A stretch of DNA of 63,659 bases, the filler included, from Bigelowiella natans CCMP2755 (taxonomy: Eukaryota; Protista; Cercozoa): NCBI GenBank assembly GCA_000320545.1. It is 7 parts of 7 records of this genome, joined end to end, with 100 filler letters (N's around TTAATTAATTAA, not from the genome) between each part and the next. Parts side by side here need not be neighbours in the genome. Positions count along the whole stretch, not along the records: positions 8,111 to 17,837 come from ADNK01000320.1; positions 17,938 to 31,183 come from ADNK01002134.1; 5 more parts are not named here. One strand, written 5' to 3'. How positions within the stretch are numbered: the stretch's first letter is position 1; the number at the start of each line of letters is the position of its first letter. Made by a program: the position numbers and the translations under genes. Positions 12,112-26,505 of the stretch are shown here, in pieces. The notes under the pieces were generated by a model. The model saw nothing but the letters and a program-made list of their open reading frames with translations, was not told where the DNA came from and did not search any database.

Positions 12112-12433
12112 ATGAAGGGGAGGATATGCTACGCACTTACTTTGTTGCCGTTGGCGCTTATGTCCGCACCATCGTTGTCCCGGCCTGTATCCGCATCATC
12201 CGCATCCGCCCTCGTTCCGAGCCGACTTTTAGCTCCCCATCAACGATCAAAATGGAAAACCGAAGTGTCTCGGACGCATCGCATAAGCAATGCTTTTCCG
12301 GGTACTCAAGTGCGTCCTTCAGCTGGAAATAAAGAGGTAAAATCTATCCGGACAGCCTGCAACCAAGCTCAATTTTACCCCTTCCCCCCCCTCCATTCAC
12401 CTTTAATACGGATCATAATTATACATATATATG

Positions 12434-12475
<42 letters not shown>

Positions 12476-14283
12476 CATCTATCATTCCGCTGCAGGCCCG
12501 AAGCCTACTGGTGGTGAGAGCAGGAGAAAGCACTGGTGGGGATGGAGGTGGAAAGCCGCCCAACCGAAAACTCAAAGGTGTGATTGGTGATGATGATGGC
12601 GATGGTGATGGTGATGGTGGCGAGTTATTGTTGTTGATTATAATGATATTGAATCCAGCTAATGCTCCTTATTTGACACGCACAGAGGGCGGAGATGACG
12701 GCGACGGGGACGGAGAGGATCCGTTGAAAATAGCACTGCGAAGAATTGTACCTAATAATAGCTAATATTCTTCGATTTTCCAGCAGTTGACAGTATCTGT
12801 TACTGTTTGCTTTGTTAATATCAGGTTCGAGTGATGATTCCCTTGGGAATCGGGATATCATTTTTGCCGTATTTTGTGGACAAAGTACCCGGTTTCTTAA
12901 TGGATGTACAAAATGCGAAGTTCTGGCTCAAGAAGCAACTCAGTGCGTGCATTTCAGAAAGGAGAGAGAGAGAGAGAGAAAACAATCAAGAATTTTCACT
13001 CCGTGGGATGTAGCGCGCAAAATTACTTTTTTCGAAACGGCTAACGGATGGTTCCTTCTGATGGCTATGTTGTATTCTTTTTAGTTGATAAACCGATCGC
13101 TGCGTTAATGGGGGGAGGAGATGGCAATAACTACATGCCCGGAGGAAAGTATACGGCTGGCGATGGATTTGATGCCAACGATGATGGAGGCATGTCTTTG
13201 TACGGCACTGATTTCCGAGACTGGATGGAGGTATGGGCACATGCAGACACGAGGACTTTGAAAAATCGGCCTAGAATTCGTCTTTTCACTTTCCCCATAC
13301 CTTCGCTTCCCTTCCAAGAACTATCTCCAACAATTTGCCCGATTTGTGAAATCACCTTTGGTGAAAAATCGTACTGTCTTTTTTGAATGATTTCCGGCCG
13401 CGAGTAAGGACCGAAACTATCAGTTTCTCCCTACGTGTTTGACATCTCGTAAACCGTTTACCTATTAGAATGATTCGCCATATAATAAACAACGAACAAC
13501 AACAACAACAACAAATAAAACCTTTTCTATGCACTCAACAAGGCGTCAGAGTCTGATATGGAAACACTGGAAGAGACGGACTACGGCGAGCACCTGCTCT
13601 TGATGAGGCGTGAAATGGCTGAGGTGTGTGCCAAATCCCCCAGCCCCCCCTCCTTTCTCGCGAGCCGCCGCGTACGTTTGCATTCCATCTATCAACAAGA
13701 TTCGCAAGATATAGCACGCGGATTGGATAAGCGAATCTCCTCCCTAATTTCTTTCCAAGGATTTTTATACACCGAGCTACTCTTCTGAAACATTTGCCTC
13801 GTTAGGTCTTTGGCGAGAGGCGGTATACTAAAGGACAAAACCCGTCCGGCACAACTCGGCTGAAGCGAAAGAACAAGAAAAACTATAGAGGGCCTGCCAT
13901 GCCGAAGAAAATGCACTGGCATCGGAGGCGGATTAGGTACACGTGTGAGGAAGGAGAAGGAGTAGGTTTTGCAGGGGGATGCTAGGGGGCCCTATTGAGA
14001 GGATTTTGTACGAGATTGTCCTGTCGGGCTGCCTTTTTCAACAGAAGAAGTTTTGTATCATTGCATGCATTGACTGGCGTGCCCCCCTTCCCCCTTCCCC
14101 CCTCCTCCCTCCCCCTCTTCCAGGAAAGGGGCTTTGCACAAGGGCCGGATGCGAGACCCTCCCGGCCCTATGATGTATAAGGACTGGAAGAAGCGCAAGG
14201 ATGTTGCGCAGGAGGCGGCCGACAACGAGTATAGGAGAGTATTTGGTCACAATCCACCGAATCTTAAGCCCGGCGCAGTGTGA
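12112..14283 (+). CDS. Multi-exon protein of unknown function with a bipartite (signal plus transit-like) leader and hydrophobic segments
   Basis: Begins MKGRICYALTLLPLALMSAPSLSRPVSASSASALVPSRLLAPHQRSKW, a signal peptide followed by an S/R/A-rich stretch. It has Gly/Asp-rich segments and exon-like blocks (MIPLGIGISFLPYFVDK, GWFLLMAMLYSF, SLYGTDFRDWME, terminal exon ...NPPNLKPGAV*). The exon chain is only partly resolved. Confidence 0.6.
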
Positions 14284-15134
14284 TGGAACAGACCACAGCC
14301 GTTATGCAGCAACATCAATCCCAAAAAAAATCTGAAACCTAACAGCTGGCCCTCAAGCCACGCTAGCATGTCTCAATTGCGAGGGAAGCCCGTCACGCAC
14401 ATTGTGAATAAAGAAGAAAAAGAAGAAATACTGGATCTTAGGATCGGAAGCGATCGATGCTGTGCGATGCAACTGGCATACAATTGTGTGTAGACGGGGC
14501 TAGGGGGGGGGGAATATTACACCTTGGTCGTATGCGTGCATGCAATGTTCATTAAACTTGCGACGCTGCTTATACTGCTTCGATTTAATTTTATTCAAAA
14601 ACGCCTCAACAAATACTTATTCGCTCTCATCATTATAAGCTACATGTCGTAACACGCGTCGTCCTGTTGGTGTGCGTTTAGAACCTATAGAAATGCGATC
14701 GATGCTCCTAGACGTATATACGTACGTACGTACGTACTCACGGACGGCTAGCGCTATACGTATCCGTATAGTCAAGCAATAAGCATTATAAAACAGCATA
14801 TCATGTATGGGCTAATATATGCACACGCCGTGCGTGCTATGGAAGGTTCATGCACAATTAGTTGCCATGCGAAGCCTCGCCCGCCCGCGTACAGTTGCGT
14901 ACAGTTACTATAGCAGTGCATCAAAAGTGGTACGCATGCGAGGAAATGCAAACAGTAGGCAGCGCGCATGCATATTATTACGCATAGTACGCCAACTTAG
15001 CCAGTTAGACTGAGCTGGGAGAGATCGATATAAGTAAAAACACTTACTTATCAGCAGGTTGCTTAGGAAGGCTATCAAGTTGCAGATGATGTACTGGAGA
15101 TACATTTGGTGCCGATAGGGACACAATATATATT

Positions 15135-15174
<40 letters not shown>

Positions 15175-15184
15175 CTATCCACGC

Positions 15185-15847
15185 TTATTTTGTCTTCACG
15201 TCATCTAACCCGTATGTGAGATAGTTCTCTCGGGCGCTCGCCTTATACTCATTTATCAAGGTTAGGACCACCTCCCTGTCGTATGATAAAATCGCTTTGG
15301 TGAGGGAAATAGTGGAGGAGGGAAAGTGACTTTCTCACAGATGGAAACGACACATGGCGACGACGTAAAATCACAGGATGTAAAGCAGCAAAAATCCAGG
15401 CGTATACTATTGGAAACCATGCAGGAGTGTTTTGTCGATGAATAAGACTTATTGGCAACGTCCAACCCCCCCCCCCCCACCCCTGTCACCCTACATAATC
15501 TCTCCTACCCTACGTGCGGGATGTGCACGCATGTGTGTGTGTGTGTGTGTGCCCCCATCATCGTGTGTGTGTGCCCCCATCATCGTGTGTGTGTGTGTGT
15601 GTGCCCCCCCATCCGTAGCCACATAATACAGTGAACTGTCGAACTCCGCCAAGCTGTCCTCGAAGAGCTTTGAGCGCTTGTACACCTCTAGGAAGGCGTT
15701 CCTCTTCCGCAGCATCTCGTACTGCTTCATCGCCTTCTGGAACAGCTGATGGTGATGGCGACGACGTCGCAAAGGACAATTAGAAGGAGGGGGAGGAGGA
15801 GGAGGAGGAGGAGGAGGAGGACGGCGGCAATGCAATAAATGACAATT

Positions 15848-15886
<39 letters not shown>

Positions 15887-16047
15887 TCCGTTGTCACACA
15901 TAGATTGCTGCCTCCGCAACTATTAGCAGCACCAGGTCATCTGCCCCCCTTCTGCATGCGTCGTATGCTTCTCGCCCCTCCATCTCTTTCTCTCTCTGCA
16001 TACTGAAACTACTACTACTACTACTACTAACACTAACACTAATATAA

Positions 16048-16082
<35 letters not shown>

Positions 16083-16284
16083 TCTACCGTGTAGATGCTG
16101 GTGTGGTTGGCTATCATGAGACCGCTCACGCGATGTTCAGTTTTGACGTATGGCGATTTCTTCGATAAAGCGACCTGAGGAGATACAAACCACGAGAATG
16201 ACGGAGGAGGGAGAAATTGAGAGTTGGACGAAGGGCAGAGGCGCTGTTAAGTGACATCCAGCAGCAAACTAAGAACGGCGCTAT

Positions 16285-16336
<52 letters not shown>

Positions 16337-17642
16337 GAATGGAGGCAGGACCCCATGGAATGAACTTGGCCATCTTACGCTCACGTATCCTTTGCAAGCT
16401 CTTGTGCACCTGGGAGAATGGGTGATATGAGCATCATAATCGGTAATTGTTGTTGTAGTTGTAGCAGTAATAGGCGAGGACAAATAGGTACATAGATCAA
16501 TAGATCGTAGTTGTAGTAATAAGTTGCAGGGAAGAAGGACAGCCATAACCCCCCCCCCCCCCCCCCCCCCCCACCTCCTTTGAGAGAATTCATCCACGAA
16601 ATTCGCACCTGTGTAGGGTTCCACCTCGCCTGATAAATATGAGGATGAGATGTAGCAGCCTTTACGAGTGGAGGCGGGACACCATGATATTCTTCGTTTG
16701 CAGGAGCCGCCGCATCACATCGAGCACGGTAGTCTTCCGCACGGAGGATTTCTTTGGGAGAAACGAATAAGCAACCAAGCAAAAAGCAGTAAGGGGGGGG
16801 AGGAGAAGGGCCCAGGAAGAAAGGAACAGGAGGGGGCAGGAGGAGGAGAGGGGTGAATGGTGAAGAAGAACAGAGCGCAGAGAGGAGCACCATTAACACG
16901 CATTGTCGGGGGAAAGTGTAGGAGGGAACGAGAAAAGCACATGTCCCGTGCAAATCTTGAAAAAGTATTCTCCGTATTTCTTAAAATCATAGAGTGATAT
17001 AAGTCGTAGCAGCGGGAAGCATGGGTGGATGCACTACTCCAGGGCCTGCTGACCTGCTTTTCCACCGTGAGAGGCGTGTAGCCAGTCATCAGAAAATGAC
17101 ATCTAGGAGTCGGGATCAACGAAGCGACCTGTCGATCATGCAGGAGGGAGAGTGAGCACATGCACGCGCCATGCAGCCCCAACCCACGAGCCAACATAGC
17201 AGCGACGGCAGATGAGGAAGAAAGAGAATGGAAGGAAAGGAAAGAGGAGACGCCAACGACGGGGTATTGTCATGAAAGGAAATCAACGCATGGAAAATAA
17301 GCTTCAGCACGGGATTTCCCCAAACCGAATCATCTCATGATGTAGCATTGGGATCATTCGATCCCTGCACTAAATTTTCGCATCCCTCTGCTTCTTCTTC
17401 TTCTTCTTCTTCTTCTTCTTCTTCTTCTTCTTCTCCTAGTACTGCTACACAGAATGCAAGTAAACTTGTCGTTCCTAATTTGCTGTTGCAGGCACCGTCA
17501 CCTCATACAATATATTGTTCGAAACGCTGCTAGGACTACTACTACTACTACTACTGCTGCCACTACCAGGCCGATAAGGTCGTTGTTCATATATCCAGGG
17601 TATCGCAGCGTCGCTGTGCTCGTTGCCATCACAGTTGAAACC
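15185..17642 (-). CDS. TUBG: Gamma-tubulin, 3' half (5' half lost in the gap)
   Basis: Exons read [25 protein letters not shown]|[67 protein letters not shown]|VALSKKSPY...[12 protein letters not shown]|[20 protein letters not shown] and [12 protein letters not shown]. Several single-base indels occur at about 16610-16680. Confidence 0.95.
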
Positions 17643-17730
17643 TACAATTTATTCATACAATTTATGGAAGGGGTCGGGTATTTTTTCGTTTTGCCAAAGC
17701 GAAAGCTATTATCTATTAAATTTGTGGTGA

Positions 17731-17761
<31 letters not shown>

Positions 17762-17794
17762 TTTCATGTTGAGAAGCTCTTCTTCTGTGTCGCA

Positions 17795-17837
<43 letters not shown>

Positions 17838-18032
17838 NNNNNNNNNNNNNNNNNNNNNNNNNNNNNNNNNNNNNNNNNNNNTTAATTAATTAANNNNNNN
17901 NNNNNNNNNNNNNNNNNNNNNNNNNNNNNNNNNNNNNTGTACTGACCGATGCATTTGTGCGGTATCATTTGTCACTTATCAAGGCTGCGAGCTCACTCAT
18001 AGTGCGAGAGAGGGAGAATTATTTGGGTCCAG

Positions 18033-18072
18033 TGAGATGGTAAGAAATGGATTCTTACATGCACGCACACAT

Positions 18073-18115
<43 letters not shown>

Positions 18116-19050
18116 GTGCACACAAGGAACACTTACGTCCTGGTAACGAATCGCTGAGGTCTCACGCTGTTTGTGAGCGATCCTCACGGTGTTGTTTTTA
18201 ATATGTGCATGCATGTAGGCTACGACCGGAGGAGTTTCTCGGCGACGATTATAAGCTCTACGATGTACACATATATAACACAAGAGACAACACATGCCCC
18301 CCCCCCCCCCCCCTCCGCCCAACCACCATAAGTCACAATAGCATAGCATGGATGGAGGAGTTTATGCTCCTTAATATCAATGGCCGCTGGGTTGTTGGCC
18401 TTTTTTTGGGAGAAAGTCTTCAAACAGCAGCAACATGACAACGCAATTTCACACAGAGAAACCTGAGCGTATTCTGGGCGTTATCGTGAACAAGAAGCGT
18501 AGTGAGCAAGGCATATACAAGGTGGTAGTGGTGGGGAAAATGGTGGGGGTGTAATAGAGCATAAGGCTGAAAGGACGGGCACACTTGGCTTCTATAAGCA
18601 TCGCAATTTGAATGCACTGACCATGACCCTAAGACTCTATTTTTGGATGATATATCACGGAAAAACCTTGATTATGCCCTCCACCCCCCACCCCCCCCCC
18701 ACCCCCACTTCTCACGTATGTAAAGGTCCGATTCTGCTCAAATGGAAAATGGAAGGAAGTCATCGTGGTACACGAGAGGCAGAGAGAGAAATGGAAAATC
18801 TAAATAAGAGAAAATGAGGGGAGGGGAAAGGGAACGGCCAAAGGAGATTGCGATATGATATGTGCATATTTATGATGTATTCTGTTTTTTCCATGACCCC
18901 CATATCGATTACTACTCTTCAGGACGATTTGATTCCTTGCCTACCCGGGGGGGGGCCAGTTTTCAGCCGTAACAATGGGAAAGAGGTCTCTTCAAAACAC
19001 ATCACCTCACGTAGCGCCACACGCACAATTACTTAATATTAAAAAATGTT

Positions 19051-19087
<37 letters not shown>

Positions 19088-19266
19088 GTATGGGTGCTGA
19101 TTGTGGAGAAGGCGTATGCGAAGCTTTACCGCAGCTACACGGCGTTGAAAGGGGGGCATGAATTCCAAGCGCTAGAAGATCTTACGGGGTGGGTGTTGAT
19201 GCCAACGACGCATTCGTGATAATCATACCACCCATTGAAGAATCGATTTGACACACACACACACAC

Positions 19267-19308
<42 letters not shown>

Positions 19309-20724
19309 GACTATTTGTATAAACGATTGTGAAAAATAATACATTAGATTTCCCGCAATGCGGATTCGACTACAAAATCCCAATACACAGGTCACTTTGA
19401 GGATATTTCCTTAGCCAAAACTACAACAACAAAAACAATATAGATTTACTGACCTTCGTTCCTTGCACCCGACTACCGCTTCATAGAGCTATGGAAGCTG
19501 CATTTTACCCTTTTGTGTACTTATGCGGGGATGGCGGGGATGTGTATATGTCGCACTGCTTCTACCCTATTTGATATCGACTTGTCACGGCATTCAAGCT
19601 GGAACATGCTCAAAAAGAAAGCAAACAAAACCATTAACAACGGACGCACGAATATGCTTCTTAGATGGTCATTCGTGAGGCAAAGCTGTGGCCAGATTTG
19701 GAGAAGTGCGCTTCCAAAGGGATGGTAACTATACCGAAAAATCAGTAGAAGTAGCTCATTGAATGGGGAGCCTTGTCTGTTACTTCAAGGAATTTGATGA
19801 TGATGATGATGATGATGATGACGACGACGACGATGATTATGATGATGATGAATAGAATACAGCCTCATTTATAAATTTTACCACTGCGACGGAAGTAGTC
19901 GTTCGAGTACTTCGCGTGCTAGTAGTGTGTTTTTATGATGATCTCCCCCCACCCACCACCAAGCTGTAACAGTGTTGTGGCGTGTCTCCTCTCAATATGG
20001 ATGATGAAAGGAGCTATGCATTCCATCGCTACTACTTCGCTAATCATTGATGATGCTTATCAGGTCATGACTCTTGGCACAGGGCCCCCGCAAATGTACG
20101 CGCAGAAAGGTATGCTGTCCAACCATCATCGTAATCAATCATATCGATGATTTTGTGCGTGAATCTAATCCTCCTCCTCCTCCTCCTCCTCCTCCTCCTC
20201 CTCTTCCTTCCTCTCGTATTAGGCATTTCTCCTGATATAATGCGGATGAAGACCGGCCTTGCTCCTAGCCACGCGTAAGAATTGATTACTTCCCCAGCGC
20301 GTGCGCAAAGAGCGACATCGTTGCATTTCCTTGTCGGTGTGGGTCGTCCCTCCTCTCTCTTCCTCTGCCTCCCCCTTCGATTCGCTCTCTCTTCTCCAGT
20401 GAGTCTATGATATATTATATTTACACATATATTGTATATGAATCGAAACCACAGCTACTCGTGCCTACAAGTGAAGGAAGGGGCCGGGATCAAACTCGTG
20501 AAGATTCGAAATCCATGGTGTGGGCCTGAGGACACGCATGCTGCTGCCTCCATAATATTGATTGATGTGTCGTACTACAGACGCAATATGTGCTCTATTG
20601 CTGCTGCTATGGAAAGCATACTCAGCATGCTGTGTGTTTCTTCCTTCCTAATTAAACTGATGATATGTGCAGGGGTACTGGAGAATGGCGGGGGCCATAT
20701 TGTGACTTCGATACTAAGGTAGTG

Positions 20725-20766
<42 letters not shown>

Positions 20767-20973
20767 GATTTGAAATTATTTGGACATGTCCGTGATGCCG
20801 CGCTGCCGATGATACTGCACTATACTCGTAGAATTGGACGCCTGAAGCAAGAGCAGCGTTTCACCCAGAATTCAAAGAGGTGAGGAGGAGGATGGCGGTT
20901 AATGATGACGATGACGATGTTGTTGTTGTTGTTGTTGTTTTTGTTGTTTCACATGAAAGGGTTGTAGTTAAAT

Positions 20974-21012
<39 letters not shown>

Positions 21013-21431
21013 TGTGTTTACGATGAAAGGACGGTCTTTTCCACATGCCCTGGGAGCAAGTTACCAAGGTATAGCATTGGACATGTCAGCATGATTTCAC
21101 TACTACCGAAGTACAAGATGAGCGGGGATAAGCTTGTGACGACTTCATAGAGCAAAATATCCGCTAGTATCTTCTTCGCCATCTTCTTCTTCTTTTATCA
21201 TCAATCATCATCATCATCATCATCATCATTCCTCATTATCATCATCGTCGTCGTCGTCTCGTCGTGGCCTTCTCATCAGTGGTACCTTGACCTCACGGTT
21301 TGCTTCACGAAGAGCTTGAGAGGAAAAGCATGGTAGTAGCAGTGAGATCTAGTCTACTGCCTTTGTGCGTTCGAATGATGATGGCGACGATGATGATGAT
21401 GGTGATGAGAGCAGACATTGGGTTAAAGGCA

Positions 21432-21474
<43 letters not shown>

Positions 21475-21841
21475 ACAAAGAAAGAAAGAAAGAAAAAAGG
21501 GGAGGGGGGTAGAGTGTACCATTCGTATTGGTGATGATATATTGCCGTACTAAAGCACCACCCTCCTCTCTCCAAACAGGACGGAAGGAAGGCTCGATGG
21601 CACATTCCTCCGTGATGAGAAGTCGAAGGATTCCAATGTAGGTTTTGAATCATAAGAGCTCACATCAGAGTTTAATCTTTTCTTTTCCGTCTTCTTCTAT
21701 TCTAATGAAGTGCTTATGTTGTCAAACAAATAGGTGGTATTTGGCTCTGAATTCTACCGATTTGATGTAAGGCAAAACAGACGATAGCTTTAGACGGCTA
21801 GAAGGGAGATGATCGATATTCCACTGTTATGGAACAATAAT

Positions 21842-21876
<35 letters not shown>

Positions 21877-22461
21877 CGTATGCGTGTACCGATGCGTGAG
21901 GCGTACGTGTTTGCGTTTTGTACGGGGCCTCCTCAACTTCTGCATGAATCACCCTCGTAGGTTCCAGAAGGGAGCGAATCGCCGCATTTCTTCTTCCAGA
22001 TTCATCAGCAGGTGTACCAACATTCACCGCACAACATACCAACGCACAGCTGCTTATTGATCACACTTCTGCATTGTTATTTGTGTTTGCGGTCATATTT
22101 GAAGGATACTCGCCTTCCCTCCACGCCTCCCTACATCGAGCTCGGGCTAAATGTAGCGCCTTTTGTCATTATCATGATCATCATATGTGTCCGTTGAAAC
22201 ACACGCGGGTGTGCCAATGCCATCGTGATGTCGTCATCTTCCTGCTCTTTAGATTCTCAATGCCGAGAGCCTCACCCTTGTTGGAACTACAATGGTCTCC
22301 AGACACCGCAAAGCAATGACACAGCAGGTGCAGTACACGCCAGCATAGTAGCAGATTCATAGATTGTGTAGGAGAAGAGGAAGTAGCGATAGTAGTAGTT
22401 GTAGAAGTAGTAGTAGTACCCGCACCCCCCCCCCTTTTCCGCTACACACGACATTCATAAA

Positions 22462-22539
<78 letters not shown>

Positions 22540-22600
22540 GAATGTGGTTTTGTATTTAGCAACTGGCCCCGGGGAAGTACCTTGTGGCACCCTTCTGGGG
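18033..22600 (+). CDS. Calpain-family cysteine protease (CysPc domain plus domain III-like region), many exons
   Basis: Exons give [74 protein letters not shown]|[20 protein letters not shown] and LAPGKYLV. The catalytic His and Asn are visible. The exon carrying the catalytic Cys (QGxxGDC) is not present in this assembly. Confidence 0.85.
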
Positions 22601-23164
22601 GGCGGGGTTTTTGCGGGTCGCAAAGCCAAGAAAGTATGTGATCACGATTCATGGAGACGACGAGAAGGTCACATCCCAGAATACAATATAATACATATTA
22701 TAATATGTGCGTATGTATACGTTTACGCATCATTTTGACTGAGTACGAGCAAATCAAAGTACTTCCCCCACCTTTTCTGTGTATCCCCCCCCCCCCCCTT
22801 TAGGCGATGAGTACCATTCGACCAACCGCAACTGATGCTTCGGTAACAACACACCATGTTCTTTTTGTTTATTTCCTTTTTTTTTTTAAAAGAATAAATC
22901 TCGTTGAATTCCCCTCCCCCCCACCCTCATCTTCTCCTCTCCCTCAAAACTCACATGCGAACTCGAGAGTATTATTTTTTTCTTATAGAGATTGTTGCCG
23001 TCACTGTTATGCTCGTATCGGTGCTTTGCTGATTGCTTTCTCGACGTTCAAAGGCGGGGCTCATGGGCATCCAAGCGATGCCGACCTTCATCGATAATGT
23101 ACAGCTTTGTGTGAGATATTGAAGAAACTTGGACGCTCACACACGCGCACACACACGCACACGC

Positions 23165-23204
<40 letters not shown>

Positions 23205-23260
23205 CCATAAAATATTTACTAAAGATACAACACACTCACTTCATCTACTGATTCTCGTAG

Positions 23261-24154
23261 GTTCTCAACCGCGTAAACAGCATCGTTACAGATCTACAGC
23301 TGACCCCCTCTCGCAGCCGCCAAACCGCCCCTATCTCCGGCCCCCCATCAGTGCTGGTGCTTGGATCTGGGAGCGCCGAGGCTGATGGGGTATATTCCAG
23401 AGCAGGTCTCCTCCTAATCATCTTGAGACTCGCGTGAGATATGTGCATATGATCGCTATTCTTGTGTGCATGCTGTGCCTTTCTGCTGCTGCTACTGCTG
23501 CTGTAGGTGCCCGAGAAGGAGCGATGCAGTATAAGCGACGATTTAAGGTGGTGGTGATGCCGACGCTGGCGTATGCACTACATCCTCACGGCACCTACTC
23601 ATAAGCTCATCCTTCGTTCTCTCTCTCCCTCTCCCCCGCCCCCCCCCCCACTCCGCCCCTCTCTGTCTTCCTCGCACATAAACACACACACACACATGCA
23701 CATGCACATTATACCCGCATTTTGCCTGTATATGCGTGAGCGTATGCAGAGTAAAGATGCCTCTCTGCTGCCCCCCCCCCCCCCACTAACCCAGCATCTC
23801 ACAATGATAATAGGAAAAGGAATACACCGTGTGCAGAAGTCGCTCCCAACAGACGGGGAAGACTAAGGTAGCACCAGTTTTCGTATTCTCATCATGCTTG
23901 ATTGTAGGATGATGAGCTGTCTGATCCGCACATGTACCATAAATGGAAGATATGGGAGAAAAGAAAGGAAAGAAGAGGATGTGATCGTGCGTATATCGAA
24001 TCTTCATCGTTTCCAAGCATAATAACAACAGCCACCCCTCCCTGACCACTCCCTTCTCCTAACCCCTCCCACCATTGCTGTCTTCTAGTGGTGGATCTGC
24101 CGCACAGATCGTAATGAAATCAAACAGGATATCGACTTTTACAATGTGGAGGTA

Positions 24155-24191
<37 letters not shown>

Positions 24192-24656
24192 ATATGAGGG
24201 AATTCTACTCTTGCAACCGCTGCAAAATCTCGTCACAAACGAATTCATTCTTCCCTCCCTCAATCACGCAGAGCTCCTCCCCCATCCCACCGCCGTTCGG
24301 ATGGCAGATGAAAGCAGTGAAAGGTACCGCATACATCGTATGGAGCTCCTTTCTCATGAAGCAATTTTGCCGGGCGCGTCTAAAAAGCTGATGTGTGTGA
24401 ATGATTTTGCGCGGTTTATCGCCTCTTTTTATCAGGAAAAGAGCCGATTCCAATGGTGTCGACGAAAGCTTCTATTTGCGGTAGGTAAAGCAGTAGCAGC
24501 GCCATTAAGCGCAGCTATGAGTGAAGATTATGCTACTTATGATCAAAGAGCCGCTAATCCTTTACTACTACTACTACTACTTCTTCTACTTCTACCATTC
24601 CTAAGTTTTGAAGAATGTTGCACGTAAATGTTTATGAATATGATATGCTCTTTATC

Positions 24657-24708
<52 letters not shown>

Positions 24709-25800
24709 TGTGTGTGTTTGTGCTCTTTGTCTCTTCCTCTCCCTCACACCTGCTATTCTCATAAAGTTCTGGCACCCACATGCGAGACGGCGTGCGGAGA
24801 ATACCTACGTAAGTCCTCTTTGCAGATGACCGGGATTTGTGGTGGGGGGGGGGGGGGAGTGTTGGGGGTGTGTGTTGGAGGTAGGAAAAGAAGACAGCCG
24901 ACGGAACACTTCAAATCGCAAAGATAAAGATGATTTTTCTTCCTCTTTATAGAACGATGTCATAAAAGAGTTAAGGGCTGATTGTTGTCGTCACAGGCGT
25001 ATCTGATGAGTCCACTTACACCTGGCGAAAGAAAGGCGAACAGAAGGGCACCCAGAGCAAAGTCATCCGTAGCTATGTGATCAGGCGAAGGAGGGAGGGG
25101 GCTGGGATGGTGAAATGTGATTTCGAGGGATGTGGTGGTTAAAAGCTACGATTTAATGGTGTGTAGGTGGAGATCCGCGTGGCCTCCAAAGCAGAAGGAG
25201 CGGAGGGTGAGGAGGATAAGGTTGTTGCGAACTGCACGACTATTATGTGGAAACATACGGCTATTTACTCATTCCCTCTCCGCCGATGTGGCCAGCCTAC
25301 TTGTATGTGACGCGCAAGTACTAATACGCATCGATCTGCATCATTTCACCACGGCAGTGGGAGATCGTGGATGTAGGTGATGGGAAATCTGCCGGTGCGA
25401 AAGTTTTGTTTTACGCCAAGCTCACAAATGCGACCATGCCTCCATCTAATCACTGGATTGCTAAGGTAGCGCCTACTTACACCATATGTACATATGCTCG
25501 TGTTATGTATTGTAAAGGGGGGTGGGGGGAGCTACAGGCTTTCCTTCGCCGTTCTCTTCCTAATCAATCTTTGGCAAAATAACCTTCATGAATTAAGGCT
25601 GATGGGGTGGGTGACGCGACGCTCGTTACAAAAGAGGTTTGCTTATAGTAGCATGCACAAGTGTACACTTAGTCTAAAACCGAGGCATGTTTGACAAGCA
25701 CTTGGTACACAGTATATGCGTTCATGTGTGCGTTTATATGTGTGTGTGTGTAGGTGTGTGTGTGTGTGTGCGCGCGCGCTGGAGTGCGTAAGCGACACTT

Positions 25801-25841
<41 letters not shown>

Positions 25842-25976
25842 GCAGATGGTATTATGAAGAGTGAAGTGGGAAAAAATGATGTTGAATGTATCATTTGTTA
25901 GGTGTTCGATGGGGCGAAGATACTAAACGGCATGGGCTTCAGCGATACTGCGTCAGTGCTCCCATATTCTCAATAG
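23261..25976 (+). CDS. Exons encoding two copies of a small beta-rich repeat (GxG..DGxY...Y.R...WWI...FY...PP..GW); probably the C-terminus of the calpain
   Basis: In-phase exons read VLGSGSAEADGVYSRA|GAREGAMQYKRR, WWICRTDRNEIKQDIDFYNVE|SSSPIPPPFGWQMKAVK|GVLAPTC, WEIVDVGDGKSAGAKVLFYAKLTNATMPPSNHWIAK|VFDGAK...YSQ*. Confidence 0.55.
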
Positions 25977-25993
25977 ATATCATGGCGACAGCA

Positions 25994-26037
<44 letters not shown>

Positions 26038-26038
26038 A

Positions 26039-26076
<38 letters not shown>

Positions 26077-26419
26077 GAAATTGAGCTATTTATTATACTC
26101 ACACTTGGTTTATGCAGGCGCAATATTAAAGTCATTTGCGAAGCGCGAGGTAATACCTACATATTAACGGGCAACCGATAAATCTCGCTGAAATGATGAA
26201 CTGCGAATTACATCAATTGTTTGGGAATTGATATTTTTAAATTGTTCTTCTCTTGACTCCTCCTCTTTGTCATCCTCTTGTTATGTTTATCTTGTATATC
26301 ATCTTCGTGGCTGGGCGAAATGCTACTCCGTTGAAACACTACAGGGAGCGCTGATAAAGCGGTTGGATTGCTACTTAAATAGCCAATTATGCCGTACCAG
26401 AGCATAACACGGACATTCC

Positions 26420-26505
26420 TATAATGAATGTGTTAAAATTTTCCAACTGTCATCCTAATGTAGCTTTGCAAAGCTGCGGCTATTAGCTACAGCTTGACAG
26501 CGCAA
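26420..26505 (+). repeat. Dispersed 3'-spacer repeat, copy 1
   Basis: ttaaaattttccaactgtcatcctaatgtagct...aaagctgcggcta shares the core GTCATCCTAATGTAGCT with the copies at 40862 and 61000. Confidence 0.8.

Noticed and set aside
15531-15614. Compound minisatellite (gtgtgtgcccccatcatc)n in a gamma-tubulin intron
   Set aside because: It is an ordinary slippage product of a (GT)n tract.
16600-16690. Several frameshifts in a gamma-tubulin exon, suggesting a pseudogene or programmed frameshifting
   Set aside because: The indels sit in short homopolymer runs and the rest of the protein is strongly conserved. The same error type occurs at about 54175 (CK2), 48055 (PH) and 34410, which is typical of pyrosequencing-type errors.
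18296-18330. Calpain apparently lacking the catalytic Cys exon (possible pseudo-protease)
   Set aside because: The missing block coincides with a poly-C tract. LRRC6 (about 7150) and the Trf4-like gene (about 31690) also lose exons at simple repeats, so assembly collapse is more likely.
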